Assembly (NCBI GenBank): GCA_963798795.1
Contig: CAWCUZ010000001.1
Coordinates: forward strand, 1,076,729-1,140,728
Reading direction: 5' to 3'
DNA length: 64,000 nucleotides
From: an uncultured Acidobacteriota bacterium
GTDB taxonomy: Bacteria > Acidobacteriota > Vicinamibacteria > Vicinamibacterales > SCN-69-37
Shown: one piece after another, positions 40,627 through 49,554 of the stretch
How positions within the stretch are numbered: the first letter of the stretch is position 1
Layout: the number at the start of each line of letters is the position of its first letter
Program-made: the position numbers and the translations under genes
Notes under the pieces: generated by a model
What the model was told of the DNA's origin: nothing
Seen by the model: the letters and a program-made list of their open reading frames with translations, nothing else
The model's database searches: none

Positions 40627-41309
40627 GCCGGCTCTTCGCGACAAGCCCGATCCCGATCGGCGCCACCCACGGCACCAGCGCCGTCCAGCCGGTCAGCAGG
40701 CCCATGCGGGCGTTGACCATCACGAACAAGGCCGTGTGCAGCGTGACGCCGGCCATCACGAGGCTCGTGGCGTACTCGGTACCGCCAGAGCGCCTCCGAC
40801 GCGCGTGCCCGGTCGGCGTAGCGCAGGTCCCCCAGGCCGATCGCAAATCCGATCGGCGCAATGATCAGGAAGGGCCACTCCCCCCACGCCGCTGACGCGG
40901 GAAAGAAGACGAGCGTGGCGACGACCGACGCGGTGTTCAGGAGGGCGTGAACCCACGACCGGATGCGTCGCGGCGCTTCGCGCGCGGCAAGGACCGCCGC
41001 GCCGTGCTGCACGGGCACCACGATGGTCACGAGCAGGTACAACCCGAGCCAGGCCGTTCGCCGCACGGCCTGCAGCCAGCGGGTTGTCACGTCGCCGGGC
41101 GGCAGCGCGAGGCCAGGAGCGATGAGGGCGAGCAAGGCAACGAAGCCGCCCACAAGGCCCAGCGCTCCGGCGAGCACGACGAATCGCCGGCTGGCCGCGA
41201 GGTGCTCCGCGCTGCCGACCGACGAGCGTGCCGTGATCCAGAACACGACGGCAGTCAGGGCGGCCAGAGCCAGGACGGCAGGCTCCAGAACGGTGAGCAC
41301 AACGGTCAC
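40538..41309 (-). pseudogene. Polytopic membrane protein of unknown family, probably with one frameshift. The 3' end is uncertain.
   Basis: ORF 40590..41309 is hydrophobic up to ...IAPIGFAIGLGDLRYADRA, then turns Arg/Gly-rich. A hydrophobic continuation [51 protein letters not shown] is in the frame of ORF 40538..40861. The shift is near 40790. The predicted tail would overlap the gatA 3' end. Confidence 0.4.
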
Positions 41310-41380
41310 GAGAGCCGGATCTTAGTCCCGCACGTGCGCGTCCGTGTAGATCGGGGGCGGCGCTCGGCGAGCGCCGCTGG

Positions 41381-41707
41381 TCAGGCGTGCGCCGGCCGGC
41401 GGGCGGATTGAACGATGAGCAGCACCAGCGCCGCCACGATGACAACCGGTACGAGCGGGGCGAGCACGGCCAGCACCAGCGCGACGCCCGCCAGCACGCC
41501 CGCAAACGCGAGCGCGCCGACCAGCGCGACGCCAACCAGCACCAAAACCGCCTTCAACAGCAGAAACGGCAGCGCCACCGCCCAGAAAAGCAGGCGGAAC
41601 GGGAGCAGCACCATCCAGAGCAGGACCCGCAGGAAGACGAACAGCACGCCAAGAGCAACGGCGCCCGCGAGCGCGAAGGCGGCAAATACGGCAACGGGAG
41701 CACCCAT
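41381..41707 (-). CDS. Small, very hydrophobic membrane protein (hypothetical).
   Basis: The ORF of 108 aa is almost entirely A/L/V/F helices (three or four TM segments). The alternative plus-strand ORFs here are Arg/Gln-rich shadows. Confidence 0.4.
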   Translation of the reverse strand: MGAPVAVFAAFALAGAVALGVLFVFLRVLLWMVLLPFRLLFWAVALPFLLLKAVLVLVGVALVGALAFAGVLAGVALVLAVLAPLVPVVIVAALVLLIVQSARRPAHA

Positions 41708-41774
41708 GCGAACCTCAACCCCGCCCCGCCAGGCGGCGGGACGGGGGTCATAGAGATTCGACGGAAACGACGGC

Positions 41775-42212
41775 TCAGCCGTTCACGGGAATCTGCCGCG
41801 GCCGCGCTTCGTCGCGCCGGGGCAGAGTGAGCGTCAGCACGCCGTCCTCGTAACTGGCCTGCACGTGCTCGGCGTCCACCGCCTGCGGCAGCGTGAAGCT
41901 GCGCCGGAACGAGCCATAGCTGCGCTCCAGCCGGTGATACCGGTCGCGGTTGACGTCACGGTCGAACGCGCGCTCGCCCTCAATCGTGAGGACGTTGTTC
42001 TCGAGCGTCACCTTGATGTCCTCGCGCTTCAGGCCGGGCAGTTCCACCTTGACCACCGCGTCCTTCGTGTCGGTGTCGTAGATGTCGACGGCCGGCGTCC
42101 AGCCGCCGCTCGTCGTCGGCTCGCTGCCGAAAAAGTCATCGAACATCCGGTTCAGGCGGTCCACCTCGACGGCAGCCAGGCCACTCATCGGGCTCCAACG
42201 GGTCAGTGTCAT
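41775..42212 (-). CDS. Hsp20/alpha-crystallin small heat-shock protein.
   Basis: ORF 41775..42278 from MTLTRWSPMSG. The alpha-crystallin domain is PAVDIYDTDTKDAVVKVELPGLKREDIKVTLENNVLTIEGER...ERSYGSFRRSFTLP...ASYEDGVLTLTLP. The RBS gaggagga lies upstream of the ATG. Confidence 0.9.
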   Translation of the reverse strand: MTLTRWSPMSGLAAVEVDRLNRMFDDFFGSEPTTSGGWTPAVDIYDTDTKDAVVKVELPGLKREDIKVTLENNVLTIEGERAFDRDVNRDRYHRLERSYGSFRRSFTLPQAVDAEHVQASYEDGVLTLTLPRRDEARPRQIPVNG

Positions 42213-42249
42213 GGTCGGTCTCCTCCTCAAGGGTCGATTCGTTAGAGAC

Positions 42250-42278
42250 ATGATAGCCACTATATTAGCTTCTGTCAA
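42250..42278 (-). promoter_or_regulatory. Near-consensus sigma-70-type promoter for the minus-strand hsp20 gene.
   Basis: The minus strand reads TTGACA (42278-42273), a 17-nt spacer, then TATCAT (42255-42250), about 40 nt upstream of the ATG at 42212. It sits inside an unusually AT-rich island (42241-42320). Confidence 0.55.
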
Positions 42279-42377
42279 ACATATTATATGAGTGCATACA
42301 ACGCATATTTAGAACACCGTCCAGCTGACAAAGCGAACCCTCGGCTCCTTCCGGGTTGCCTTGTATGATCGACACTC

Positions 42378-42821
42378 GTGACGCCCCCTGCACCAGACGA
42401 AGAAACCCGTGATCTGGCGGACGACGCCCAGCGGCTGTTGCAGCAGCTCGACCGCGAGCTGGCCGGGGCCCCTGGCACCAGCGGCGACTGCCGGCCTCCG
42501 ATCGACGTCGTGGAGCTGCCCTCCGCTGTCGAGGTCGTCGTCGACGTCCCCGGCGTGCCCGCGCAGGCGCTGCGCGTCGCGGTGCGGCGCAACCGCGTGC
42601 TGGTCGTCGGCGCCAAGCGCGGGGCGGCGCCGACGCCCGACGCGCGGTTTCATGTCGCCGAGCGCAGCTACGGCCAGTTCGCTCGCGCCGTCCGCGTGGA
42701 GGGCGCGTTCGACATCGCCGGCGCGCGCGCCGTCGTGGCCTCGGGCCAGTTGCGGGTGATTCTGCCGCGCCGCGAGGACCGCCGGGGACAGCTCTTCGAC
42801 GTGCCGGTGGAGCGCGGATGA
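42378..42821 (+). CDS. Hsp20/alpha-crystallin family protein (divergent second copy).
   Basis: ORF of 147 aa with a GTG start. It has PPIDVVELPSAVEVVVDVPGVPAQALRVAVRRNRVLVVGAK...ERSYGQFARAVRVEGAFD...ASGQLRVILP. Confidence 0.8.
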   Translation: MTPPAPDEETRDLADDAQRLLQQLDRELAGAPGTSGDCRPPIDVVELPSAVEVVVDVPGVPAQALRVAVRRNRVLVVGAKRGAAPTPDARFHVAERSYGQFARAVRVEGAFDIAGARAVVASGQLRVILPRREDRRGQLFDVPVERG

Positions 42822-43647
42822 TCCGCCTGCTGTTCATCGGCGACATCGTCGGCCGGCCGGGCCGCGAGATCGTTCGCCGGGGACTCGCGGCCATCGTCGC
42901 GCATCGCCGGATCGACCTGGTCATCGCCAACGTCGAGAACGCCGCCGCGGGTTTCGGCGTAACGCCGGACATCGCCGACGACCTGCTCGAGCGCGGGGTC
43001 CACGTGATGACCGGCGGCAATCACATCTGGGACAAGAAGGAGATCCTCCCCTACATCGATCGCCAGCCGCGCCTGCTCCGGCCGGCGAACTTTCCGGCCG
43101 GCGCCCCGGGGCGCGGCATCTGCGTCGCGCAGACCGCGTCGGGCGTCCCGGTCGCGCGTGATCAACGTCATGGGCCGCGTCTTCATGAATCGACGATCGA
43201 CGACCCGTTCCGCATCGGCCGAGGCGGCGATCGAGGCGCTCGCCGGCGAGGCGCGCGTCATCTTCGTGGACTTCCACGCCGAGGCGACGTCCGAGAAGGT
43301 CGCGATGGGCTGGCACCTCGACGGCCGCGTCACCGCGGTCGTCGGCACGCACACCCACGTGCAGACGGCCGACGACCGCGTCCTGCCCCGCGGCACGGCC
43401 TACATCACGCGACGTCGGCATGACCGGTCCGCACGACTAGGTGATCGGCGTCGAGCGGGCCGCCGTGATACAGCGCTTCCTGACGGGCCTGCCGCAGCGG
43501 TTCGAGACCGCCACCGAGAACCCGCGCCTGAACGCCGTCATCGTCACGGCCGACGACGCCACGGGCCGCGCGGCCGGCATCGAACGGCTCAGCCTCGCCG
43601 CCGAGGACGTCGAGGCGCTGGTCGCGGCGCCGGCCGCGACCTCCTGA
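42818..43647 (+). pseudogene. ymdB: YmdB-family metallophosphoesterase (2',3'-cyclic-nucleotide 2'-phosphodiesterase) with four frameshifts and one in-frame TAG.
   Basis: MIRLLFIGDIVGRPGRE...[42 protein letters not shown]...GVPVA is in ORF 42818..43423. The remaining segments change frame as follows: [11 protein letters not shown] (ORF 43158 frame) / [11 protein letters not shown] (back in the first frame) / [62 protein letters not shown] / [30 protein letters not shown]... (ORF 43441..43647). Shifts fall near 43155, 43190, 43220 and 43408. The TAG is at 43438-43440. Confidence 0.85.
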
Positions 43648-43658
43648 ACACGGCTCGC

Positions 43659-45032
43659 ATGGACGACTGGCTCCGCTCCCCTTCGACGAGCCGCGCGCGC
43701 CCGCGCCCGGCGCCGCCGCTCTCGGTCAGCGAGCTGACGATGCGCCTGAAGGCGCTCGTCGAATCGGGATTCGCCGGCGTGGCGGTCGAGGGCGAGATTT
43801 CGAACTGCAGGCAATGGAGCTCGGGCCACATCTACTTCACCCTCAAGGACGAGCACGCGCAGCTGCGCGCCGTCATGTTCCGCGCGACCGCCCGCCTGCT
43901 CAAGTTCACGCCTCGAGGACGGCCTGCACGTCGTGGCGCGCGGCCGCCTCAGCGTGTACGAGGTCCAGCGGCGACTATCAGCTCATCTGCGACGCCGTCG
44001 AGCCGCGACGGACTCGGCGCCCTGCAGCTCGCGTTCGAGCAGCTCAAGCGACGCTGCAGGCCGAGGGACTGTTCGACCAGGCCCGGAAGCGGCCGCTGCC
44101 GGTTCTGCCGCGCCGGATCGGCGTCGTCACGTCGCTCGACGGCGCGGCCGTGCGCGACATCGTCCGCGTGCTCACGACGCGCCATCCCACGGCGCGCATC
44201 CTCGTCCGGGCGGCGCGGGTGCAGGGCGACGGCGCCGCCGAGGATCTCGACGCGGGCCCTCAGGGCCGTCGCGCGCGCGCCCGGCGTGGACGTCGTCATC
44301 ATCGGCCGCGGCGGCGGATCGGCCGAGGACCTGTGGGCCTTCAATGACGAGGGCCTCGCCCGGGCGATCGCGACCTGCCCCGTGCCGGTCATCTCGGCTG
44401 TCGGCCACGAGGTGGACTTCACGATCGCGGATTTCGTCGCGGACGTGCGCGCCGCCACGCCGTCCAATGCGGCGGAGCTGGTCGTCGAGCGCGCCGACCA
44501 CTTCTGCGCGCGGATCGATCGCGCCGAGCATCGGCTGCGCTTCGCCGCCCGCCGCGGCGTCGAGCGGCGTCTGCAGGCGGCGGATCGCGTTGACGGGCGG
44601 CTCCGCCGCTGGCCCACCGCGGTCCTGCTCCGCGCCCGCGAGGCGGACGAGATCAACGGCCGCCTGGCCCGCCTGATGCAGGTCCGGGTCACCCGTGTCG
44701 GCCAGCTGCTCGAGCGCCTGCGACGGCGACTCGAGCGGCGGAACGTGCGCCAGGTGGCGGCCGACCTGCGGACCCGGATCGTGCGCGCTGACGGACGACT
44801 GGCGGCGCTGGCCATGCGCCGGCGCCTCGCCGCCGAGGGGCGGGCGCGCGAACTGGCCGCGCGGCTCGATTCGCTCAGCCCGCTGGCCGTGCTCGGCCGC
44901 GGCTATGCGGTCTGTTGGAACGAGACGCGCACGAGTATCATTCGTTCGTCGCGCAGCGTGGCGCCGGGCGACGGCGTTCGCGTCACGCTGGCCGAAGGCG
45001 AGCTGGAGTGTCGCGTGGAACATCGCTCATGA
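43659..45032 (+). pseudogene. xseA: Exodeoxyribonuclease VII large subunit with five frameshifts in a 340-bp stretch.
   Basis: The N-terminal OB fold ([65 protein letters not shown]) is in the frame of ORF 43158..45032. The next four segments change frame: [19 protein letters not shown] / [13 protein letters not shown] / [13 protein letters not shown] / [67 protein letters not shown]. The gene then returns to the first frame for [40 protein letters not shown]...[28 protein letters not shown] and runs to the end. Shifts fall near 43912, 43970, 44010, 44050 and 44250. Confidence 0.85.
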
Positions 45033-45271
45033 GTGCCGAAATCAAGGACTTCGAGTCCGCCCTCGCCGAACTCGAGCAGATCGTCAAGCAGCTCGAGGAG
45101 GGCGACCTGCCCCTGGACGCGTCGCTCGCGCTGTTCGAGCGCGGCGTCGCGCTGTCGCGCTACTGCCACGACCAGCTCGGGGCGGCCGAACGCCGCATCG
45201 AGCAGCTCACCGAGCGGGGCGAGGTCAAGGACGCCTCCCAGCTGGTCGACCCCTCCGACACCGAGCGTTGA
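45029..45271 (+). CDS. xseB: Exodeoxyribonuclease VII small subunit.
   Basis: ORF 44915..45271 from [50 protein letters not shown]. Its ATG overlaps the xseA stop. Confidence 0.9.
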   Translation: MSAEIKDFESALAELEQIVKQLEEGDLPLDASLALFERGVALSRYCHDQLGAAERRIEQLTERGEVKDASQLVDPSDTER

Positions 45272-45284
45272 CCGCCAGCCGCCC

Positions 45285-46244
45285 GTGTCCGCCCAAGCGC
45301 CGCCGCTCGCGTCCTATCTCGAGGCGATGCGGCGCGTGGTCGACGCCGCTCTGGACCACGCGATGCCGGCCGACGCGCCGACGCTCATCACCGATGCCGC
45401 CCGCTACTCACTGCTCGGCGGGGGCAAACGCTTCCGCCCGTGCCTGACCCTGGCGACGGCCGAGGCCGTGGCGGCCTCGCGCGCTGAGCCGCCCGATCAT
45501 GCCGCGGCCCTGGCGCTCCCGGGCGCCTGCGCCGTCGAGATGGTTCACACCTACTCGCTCATCCACGACGACCTGCCGGCGATGGACGACGACTCGCTCA
45601 GGCGCGGCCGGTCGACGTCGCACGTGGTGTTCGGCGACGGGCTCGCCATTCTGGCCGGCGACGCGCTGCTCACCGAGGCGTTCGCCGTGCTGGCCGAGCG
45701 TCCGAGCCGGCTGGCGCCCGCCGGCGCCCGCGCCGCGCCCGTCGCGCGCCGGCTTGCCGCCGTGGCGCGGCTGGCCGCGGCGGCCGGAGCCGCAGGCATG
45801 GCGGGCGGCCAGGCCATCGACCTGGCCGGCGCGGGCCAGGTCACCGGCCGCGCGGCCGCGGCCTTCGACGAGCAGTCGCTCGCCGACATGCACGCGCGCA
45901 AGACCGGCGCGCTCATTCGCGCCGCCTGCGCGCTTGGCGCCATCCTCACCGGCGCGCCGCCGGACGCCGTGGCCGCCATCGACGACTACGCGCGCGAGAT
46001 CGGCCTGGGATTTCAGATCGCCGACGACATCCTCGACGTCGAAGGGTCCGATCAGCAGCTCGGCAAAACGGCCGGCAAGGACGCCGCGGCGGGCAAGCCG
46101 ACCTATCCGGCGCTGTTCGGTCTGGATCGTTCGCGGACGCTGGCGCGCGAGTGCGTCGCCCGCGCGCACGCTGCGCTGGCCCGCGCCGGGTTGAGCGGCC
46201 GCTTGGACGAGATCGCCACGTGGACGGTGGCCCGGGTCTCCTGA
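45285..46244 (+). CDS. ispA: Polyprenyl (farnesyl/geranylgeranyl) diphosphate synthase.
   Basis: This lies in the frame of ORF 45033..46244. GTG 45285 is the first plausible start before LASYLEAMRRVVDAALD. It has GGKRFRP, the first DDxxD (LIHDDLPAMDDDSLRRGR), KTGALI, and the second motif (FQIADDILD). Confidence 0.85.
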   Translation: MSAQAPPLASYLEAMRRVVDAALDHAMPADAPTLITDAARYSLLGGGKRFRPCLTLATAEAVAASRAEPPDHAAALALPGACAVEMVHTYSLIHDDLPAMDDDSLRRGRSTSHVVFGDGLAILAGDALLTEAFAVLAERPSRLAPAGARAAPVARRLAAVARLAAAAGAAGMAGGQAIDLAGAGQVTGRAAAAFDEQSLADMHARKTGALIRAACALGAILTGAPPDAVAAIDDYAREIGLGFQIADDILDVEGSDQQLGKTAGKDAAAGKPTYPALFGLDRSRTLARECVARAHAALARAGLSGRLDEIATWTVARVS

Positions 46245-46254
46245 GGCGCGCCCG

Positions 46255-47019
46255 ATGCCCCGGGTCCGGCTCGATCACCTGCTCGTCTCGCGCGGACTGG
46301 CCGGTTCGCGTGAGCGGGCGCGCGCGCTCATTCTCGCCGGCGACGTGTTGGTGGCCGGCCGGACCGAAGACAAGGCCGGCACGCTCGTCGACCCCGACGC
46401 CGCCGTGGTGCTCCGCGCGCCGGACCATCCGTGGGTCGGCCGGGGCGGCGTCAAGCTCGCGCATGCCCTCGGGGCGCTTGCGATCGATGTCACGGGCGCG
46501 ACGGCGCTCGACATCGGCGCCTCGACGGGCGGATTCACCGACGTGCTGCTGCAGCGCGGCGCCCGGCACGTCGTCGCCCTCGACGTCGGCCGCGGCCAGA
46601 TCGACTGGCGCCTGCGGACCGACCGCCGCGTCACGGTCATCGAAAGCGCGAACGCGCGGCGACTCCGGCCGGAGGATCTGCCCGCCGCCACGCGGACCTT
46701 CGATCTCGTCACCGTCGACGTCTCGTTCATCTCGCTGCGCCACATCCTGCCGGTGCTGCCGCCGCTGCTGGCCGAGGGTGGGTGCGTTCTCGTGCTCGTC
46801 AAGCCGCAATTCGAGGCCGGACGCGACCAGGTGTCGCGCGGCGGCATCGTGCGCGATCCCGCCGTGCACGAACGGGTGGTCACCGACGTGGTGGCCGGGG
46901 CGCATCAGATAGGATTGGAGCGCACCGGGTTCGTGCCCTCCCCGATCGAGGGCGCCGAGGGCAATCGCGAATTCTTCGTGCGGTTCGAGCGGCGCGAATC
47001 CGGTCCGGCCCAGCCATGA
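46255..47019 (+). CDS. tlyA: TlyA-family rRNA 2'-O-methyltransferase (S4 domain plus FtsJ-like methyltransferase).
   Basis: ORF of 254 aa with RLDHLLVSRGLAGSRERARALILAGDV, VGRGGVKLAHAL, LDIGASTGGFTDVLLQRGARHVVALDVG, DVSFISL, and LVKPQFEAG. Confidence 0.9.
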   Translation: MPRVRLDHLLVSRGLAGSRERARALILAGDVLVAGRTEDKAGTLVDPDAAVVLRAPDHPWVGRGGVKLAHALGALAIDVTGATALDIGASTGGFTDVLLQRGARHVVALDVGRGQIDWRLRTDRRVTVIESANARRLRPEDLPAATRTFDLVTVDVSFISLRHILPVLPPLLAEGGCVLVLVKPQFEAGRDQVSRGGIVRDPAVHERVVTDVVAGAHQIGLERTGFVPSPIEGAEGNREFFVRFERRESGPAQP

Positions 47020-47903
47020 CACGTCCAATCCGGCGCGCCGGCCTGATGGCCCGCCACACGATCCCCGACGCGGTCTCGACGCTCGCCCAGGCAGCCGCGT
47101 GGCTCGCCGGGCACGGGTGCGAGCCCGTTGTCGACGCCGCGAGCGCCGTCCCCGCCGCCGCCTTCGACCGCTGGGAACGGGTGGACCGCGACGCGCTCGC
47201 CGGCAGCGTGGACGTGCTCATTGCGTTCGGCGGGGATGGCACGCTGCTCGAAGCCGCCGGCGTCGTGGCCCGGTCCGCGGCGGACGTGCCCCTGCTCGGC
47301 GTGAACCTGGGCCGGCTGGGGTTTCTCACGGAGGTCGGACGCGCCGAGCTCGTGCCGGCCCTCGAAGCACTGCTGTCCGGCAGGACGCGCACCGAAGACC
47401 GCCTGATGCTCGCCGGCGTCGTCGAGCGCGGACAGGACCTCGTCGAGGACCGGATCGCGCTCAACGACGTCGTGGTGACCCGCGGACCGCTGTCGCGCAT
47501 GATCGAGATCGACGTGGCCGTCGACGACCAGTTCGTCTGTCACGTCAAGGCCGACGGCGTCATCATCGCCACGGCGACCGGCTCGACCGCCTACAACCTC
47601 TCGGCGGGCGGGCCGATCGTGCACCCGTCGGTGGATGCGCTCGTCCTCACGCCGATTGCACCGCACACGCTCACCAACCGTCCGATCGTGCTGCCGGCCG
47701 CGGCGCAGGTCACGCTGCGACCCGCCCCCGATTCCGAGCCGAGCGATCTGGTGGCGACGTTCGACGGCCAGTTCGGCGTGGCGTTGACCGACCGCGACCT
47801 CTTCACGATTCGCCGTGCCGACCGGGTGCTGCGGCTGCTGAGGACCACGGCGCGGACGCACTTCGACATGCTCCGTGAAAAGCTCAAGTGGGGCGGCGCC
47901 TGA
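47016..47903 (+). CDS. nadK: NAD kinase.
   Basis: This is the last 295 aa of ORF 46431..47903, from MTRPIRRAGL. It has FGGDGTLL, GVNLGRLGFLTE, LNDVVV, DGVIIATATGSTAYNLSAGGPIV and LTPIAPH. Its ATG overlaps the tlyA stop. Confidence 0.9.
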   Translation: MTRPIRRAGLMARHTIPDAVSTLAQAAAWLAGHGCEPVVDAASAVPAAAFDRWERVDRDALAGSVDVLIAFGGDGTLLEAAGVVARSAADVPLLGVNLGRLGFLTEVGRAELVPALEALLSGRTRTEDRLMLAGVVERGQDLVEDRIALNDVVVTRGPLSRMIEIDVAVDDQFVCHVKADGVIIATATGSTAYNLSAGGPIVHPSVDALVLTPIAPHTLTNRPIVLPAAAQVTLRPAPDSEPSDLVATFDGQFGVALTDRDLFTIRRADRVLRLLRTTARTHFDMLREKLKWGGA

Positions 47904-47913
47904 GCGGCGCGCG

Positions 47914-48933
47914 CTACCGGTTGCGGAAGTACTTGATCTGCCACTTCGCGACGTTGCGGTTGTGCTCGGCCAGCGTCGTCGCGAAGGCGTGCGTACCGTC
48001 GTTCTTGCTCACGAAATAGAGATACGGCACGTCCGCGGGGTGCACGGCCGCTTCGAGGGAGGCGCGCCCCGGCGAGGCGATCGGACCGGGCGGAAGTCCC
48101 GCGTACCGGTAGGTGTTGTACGGCGAATCGATCTGCAGGTCCTTCTTCGACAGGTTGCGGTTCCACCGCCCGGCCAGCATCAGCGCGTAGATCACGGTCG
48201 GGTCGCATTGCAGCACCATGCCGCGCGCCAGGCGGTTCTCGTAGACGGCGGCGATGATCGGCCGTTCGTCCGGCTGGGCCGTTTCCTTCTCCACGATGGA
48301 CGCGATCGTCACGACGTCGTGCGCGCTCAAGTGCCGCTCCGCCGCCGCGGCACGCAGTTGCGCGTCGAACGCGCGGGCGAAGCCGGCCACCATGGCGGCC
48401 ACCGTGCCCTCGGCCCCCGCCCTGCGCGGCAGCGAATAGGTATCCGGGAACAGGTAGCCCTCCAGGTTCGCGGCGCCGGGATCGAACGTCGCGATGGGCG
48501 ACGGATCCGCGGCCGCCGCCCGGAAGGCATCGGCCGTGCCGAGCCCGCTGTTCGCGAAGATGTCCCCCATCTCGGCGATCGTGCGGCCCTCGGGGAAGGT
48601 GACAGTTCGGGTGAACACGTCGCCGCGCGCGAGGCGCGCGACGACCTCGCCCGGCCTGGCCGCGTCCGCAAAGCGGTATTCGCCGGCCTGTAGCCGGCGG
48701 TCCTCGCCGGCCAGCCGGGCGGCCACCCGGAACGTCAGCTCGTCCGGCACGACACCCGCCTGCGTGAGGAGTCGTCCGATGGTGCTCACGCTGGCCCCGG
48801 CCGGCAGTTCGACGAACACCTCGTCGCCGGCAAAGCCGCGATAGGGCGTGACGAGCTGCTGCCGCAACCACCAGCCGGCGGCGGCCGCCGCCGCAAGCCC
48901 GAGCAGGACCAGCACCAGAAGCGCGCGGCGCAT
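47914..48933 (-). CDS. mltG: Endolytic murein transglycosylase MltG (YceG).
   Basis: ORF 47914..49074 from MRRALLVLVLLGLAAAAAAGWW. It has VTFPEGRTIAEM, LEGYLFPDTY, ASIVEKET, VYENRLARGMVLQCDPTVIYA, SPYNTYRYAGLPPGPIASPG and LYFVSKNDGTHAF. Confidence 0.9.
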   Translation of the reverse strand: MRRALLVLVLLGLAAAAAAGWWLRQQLVTPYRGFAGDEVFVELPAGASVSTIGRLLTQAGVVPDELTFRVAARLAGEDRRLQAGEYRFADAARPGEVVARLARGDVFTRTVTFPEGRTIAEMGDIFANSGLGTADAFRAAAADPSPIATFDPGAANLEGYLFPDTYSLPRRAGAEGTVAAMVAGFARAFDAQLRAAAAERHLSAHDVVTIASIVEKETAQPDERPIIAAVYENRLARGMVLQCDPTVIYALMLAGRWNRNLSKKDLQIDSPYNTYRYAGLPPGPIASPGRASLEAAVHPADVPYLYFVSKNDGTHAFATTLAEHNRNVAKWQIKYFRNR

Positions 48934-48934
48934 G

Positions 48935-49405
48935 TCAGCCTCCCGCGGTGGCGCGGCGCGCGGCCGGGCCGAGCGCGGAATCCAGGAAGTCCTGCAGGAT
49001 GATGGCGGCGGCCGCGGCATCCAGCCGGGCCTTGCGCCGCCGCCAGTCACGCTCGCGCTCGGCGAGCCGGGCATCGGCCTCGTGACTCGTCAGTCGCTCG
49101 TCCTGCAGATGGACGGGCAGCGACGTCGCCGCCGCCAACGCGTCCGTGAACGCGCGCACCGCCGGCGTCTGCTCGTTGTCCTCGCCGTTCAGCCGCCGCG
49201 GCAGGCCGACGACGACCGCGGCAATGCCGGCCGCGTCGTCGTCCTGCTTCCGCCACTCGTCGAGAAGGGCGGCCAGCCTGACGGCCGAGTCGCGCGGCGT
49301 GGCGCCCGCCGCCAGGGTCTGCCACGGACGCGCCAGGACCCCTGTGCCGTCCGACAGCGCCAGGCCGATTCGCCGCCGCCCGTAGTCCACGCCGAGGACC
49401 CGCAT
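48935..49405 (-). CDS. ruvX: YqgF/RuvX putative pre-16S rRNA nuclease (Holliday junction resolvase-like).
   Basis: ORF of 156 aa with MRVLGVDYGRRRIGLALSD, VVGLPRRLNGEDNEQ, DERLTSHEA and AAAAIILQDFLD. Confidence 0.9.
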   Translation of the reverse strand: MRVLGVDYGRRRIGLALSDGTGVLARPWQTLAAGATPRDSAVRLAALLDEWRKQDDDAAGIAAVVVGLPRRLNGEDNEQTPAVRAFTDALAAATSLPVHLQDERLTSHEADARLAERERDWRRRKARLDAAAAAIILQDFLDSALGPAARRATAGG

Positions 49406-49554
49406 ACCACTAAGCGTATTACGGTCCGAGGCCGTGTCGAGGTGAGGGCGGGCCTGCCCCGCTTTGCAGGGACTGACCCGCTGGCCGGTTCGGCGCGATC
49501 CGCCCGGATGCCAGGGCAGGCGTCTGACAGCGCCACTTGGGCGATAATGCCTTC

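Noticed and set aside
49406-49554. Possible riboswitch or structured leader upstream of the S41 gene, and similarly upstream of the 3D-domain gene (59190-59302).
   Set aside because: Some GC-rich complementarity is visible, but I could not match it to any riboswitch consensus I know (TPP, c-di-AMP/ydaO, SAM, glycine). The support is too weak to report as a feature.
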